NCBI RefSeq assembly: GCF_004010195.1
Contig: NC_057753.1
Location: 4,902,878 to 4,966,877 of the forward strand
Source of the DNA: Chiloscyllium plagiosum
Taxonomy: Eukaryota
DNA: 64,000 bases
Direction of reading: 5' to 3'
This document shows, one piece after another, positions 62,331 to 64,000 of the stretch. Position 1 is the stretch's first letter. Each line of letters begins with the position of its first letter. Made by a program: the position numbers and the translations under genes. The notes under the pieces are model-generated. The model saw nothing but the letters and a program-made list of their open reading frames with translations. It was not told the origin of the DNA and did no database searches.

Positions 62331-63224
62331 TCCAAGAAAACAAAAGAAATTCTTCACAATATAGTATTCAAAACTTTATATCAAGCCCCTGTCTTGTTTC
62401 CAAGCAATATTCTATCACACAATTAAATTACGTTATTCTGCTTAAGTATAGGCAATACGGATATTCATCCTGTAATAGCAAGACCTTGTTTAGCTTCATT
62501 TGATACAGAAGTGCACCATGGAATTGTGATTAAAGTGAAAATGATAACCTAATGTTTTAGAGTTACCACTGTTAAGGGCGAGGAGCCTCCGTTTAACTTA
62601 CGACTAGCCATACCCAGACTTCAGAGGTTGAATAAGACAGAGATAGTATACTCCTGGCTTGTTAGCCTTGATAAAGAAATTATAACTACAGGAATATCCT
62701 TGTGCTGGTGTGTTTTAGTTGGTTTAAGTAAATGTAATTTTGCAGCAATGTGTTTAATTTTGCAATTATATAATCCTTTAGACTTAACTATACCCAAGGA
62801 AACTTCTCGAAATTAGTATTTTCTGAGTACATTATGTTCTTCTTTATTAATTTTGCCTTTAAAATATAAAAGGTAACAAACTGTTTCCAAGATTTAAACA
62901 CAGCAGAAAACAAAAGTTTAAAAAAAACCCACCAGATAATGAACAACTAAAGGAAAAGTAAATGGTCAATGATGAGCAAATGTCTGATTTAATGGGAACT
63001 TCACAAAATGACTAGGAACTGAGACATGAGCTCAAAGATATCAATCTTGGGTTCTCATTGCAAATGCCTCCCAATTCTGTAACAAATAGGCAAAGAAGAC
63101 TTCAAACCACCCCCTTAGTCATAAAGCGACAATAACTAAAGTTAATGAAGAGAGCAAACTCTTGGATAATTGACAAATACCAAAGTATGTGGTAGTGATT
63201 AACAGCAAAAGATAATCACTGCAG

Positions 63225-63998
63225 TTACTTGTGAACTCGCTGGTGTTTCTGCAGGTTGGATGACTGAGCAAATCCCTTTCCACAGTCAGAACACATGAAT
63301 GGCCTCTCCCCAGTGTGAATCCGCTGGTGCGCAGTGAGTTGAGAAGATCTTCTGAAGCAAGTTTCACACTGGGAGCACCGGAAAGGTCTCTCATCAGTGT
63401 GAACACGTTGATGGGACACCAGTTCCCGAGAACTTTTATAGCACTTCCCGCAGGCTGGACATTGAAAAGGTCTCTCGTCAGTGTGAACTAACTGGTGCCT
63501 CAGCAGGGTGGATGACTGAGCGAATCCCTTTCCGCACACAGAGCAGGCGAACGGCCTCTCTCCGCTGTGAACCGGCTGGTGCCTCAGTAAGTGGGAGGAA
63601 TGTGCGAACCCTTTCCCACATTCTGAGCAGGTGAATGGCCGCTCCCCAGTGTGAACCCGCTGATGTTGGAGCAGATCACCTGTACTTTTAAAGCATTTCT
63701 CACAGCAAGAACACCGAAATGGTTTCTGATCAGTGTGAACAAACAGGTGCGAATTGAGGCTGGTCAAACAAGTGAACCCCTTCCCACACTTGGAGCAGGT
63801 GAACGGTCTCTCCCCAGTGTGAACCCGCTGGTGCTCGGTAAGCCTGGATGACCGGGTGAATCCCTTCCCACAGTAACTGCAGCTGAAGGGCCTCTCTTCA
63901 GTGTGAAATCGCTGGTGAGCCAACAGACCCCCTGCATTTTTAAAGCTCTTCTCACAATCGGAACATTTGAAGGGTCGTGTTTCAGTGTGAACTACTTG
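63225..63998 (-). CDS. ZNF-F: tandem C2H2 zinc-finger protein, 5'-truncated by the window edge (at least 9 fingers)
   Basis: Frame stays open to the window end ([32 protein letters not shown]..); stop TAA at 63225. Confidence 0.92.
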   Translation of the reverse strand, partial: QVVHTETRPFKCSDCEKSFKNAGGLLAHQRFHTEERPFSCSYCGKGFTRSSRLTEHQRVHTGERPFTCSKCGKGFTCLTSLNSHLFVHTDQKPFRCSCCEKCFKSTGDLLQHQRVHTGERPFTCSECGKGFAHSSHLLRHQPVHSGERPFACSVCGKGFAQSSTLLRHQLVHTDERPFQCPACGKCYKSSRELVSHQRVHTDERPFRCSQCETCFRRSSQLTAHQRIHTGERPFMCSDCGKGFAQSSNLQKHQRVHK

Positions 63999-64000
63999 GT

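Noticed and set aside
63900-64000. ZNF-F start or frameshift at 63923
   Set aside because: Manual translation shows the frame is open to the window edge; the ORF-track start is an internal TTG

Overview
Vertebrate genomic DNA, almost certainly from a cartilaginous fish (shark). The evidence is abundant HE1-type V-SINEs, partner CR1/HER1-type LINEs and Penelope-like remnants; the species assignment is inference. The window is a tandem cluster of six C2H2 zinc-finger genes, three on + and three on - (the last is cut by the window edge). Each has its fingers in one coding exon and no KRAB/SCAN/BTB exon was visible. All six share a near-invariant atypical finger pair ([24 protein letters not shown] / [15 protein letters not shown]) among hypervariable fingers. 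Four CpG-island promoters carry copies of one module (CCAAT + TGGAGGACC-N14-16-GGTCCTCCA dyad + GC box; one copy is decayed), three have paired YY1-type sites, and some look bidirectional. The rest is mostly nested TEs: CR1, L2-like, HE1, Penelope-derived palindromic elements with minimal hammerhead-ribozyme motifs, Tigger-like MITEs and a solo LTR. There is also an orphan 3' half of a tRNA-Pro gene and a 46-nt assembly gap. TE boundaries and exon models were read by eye and are approximate. ZNF-A to ZNF-F are my own labels.
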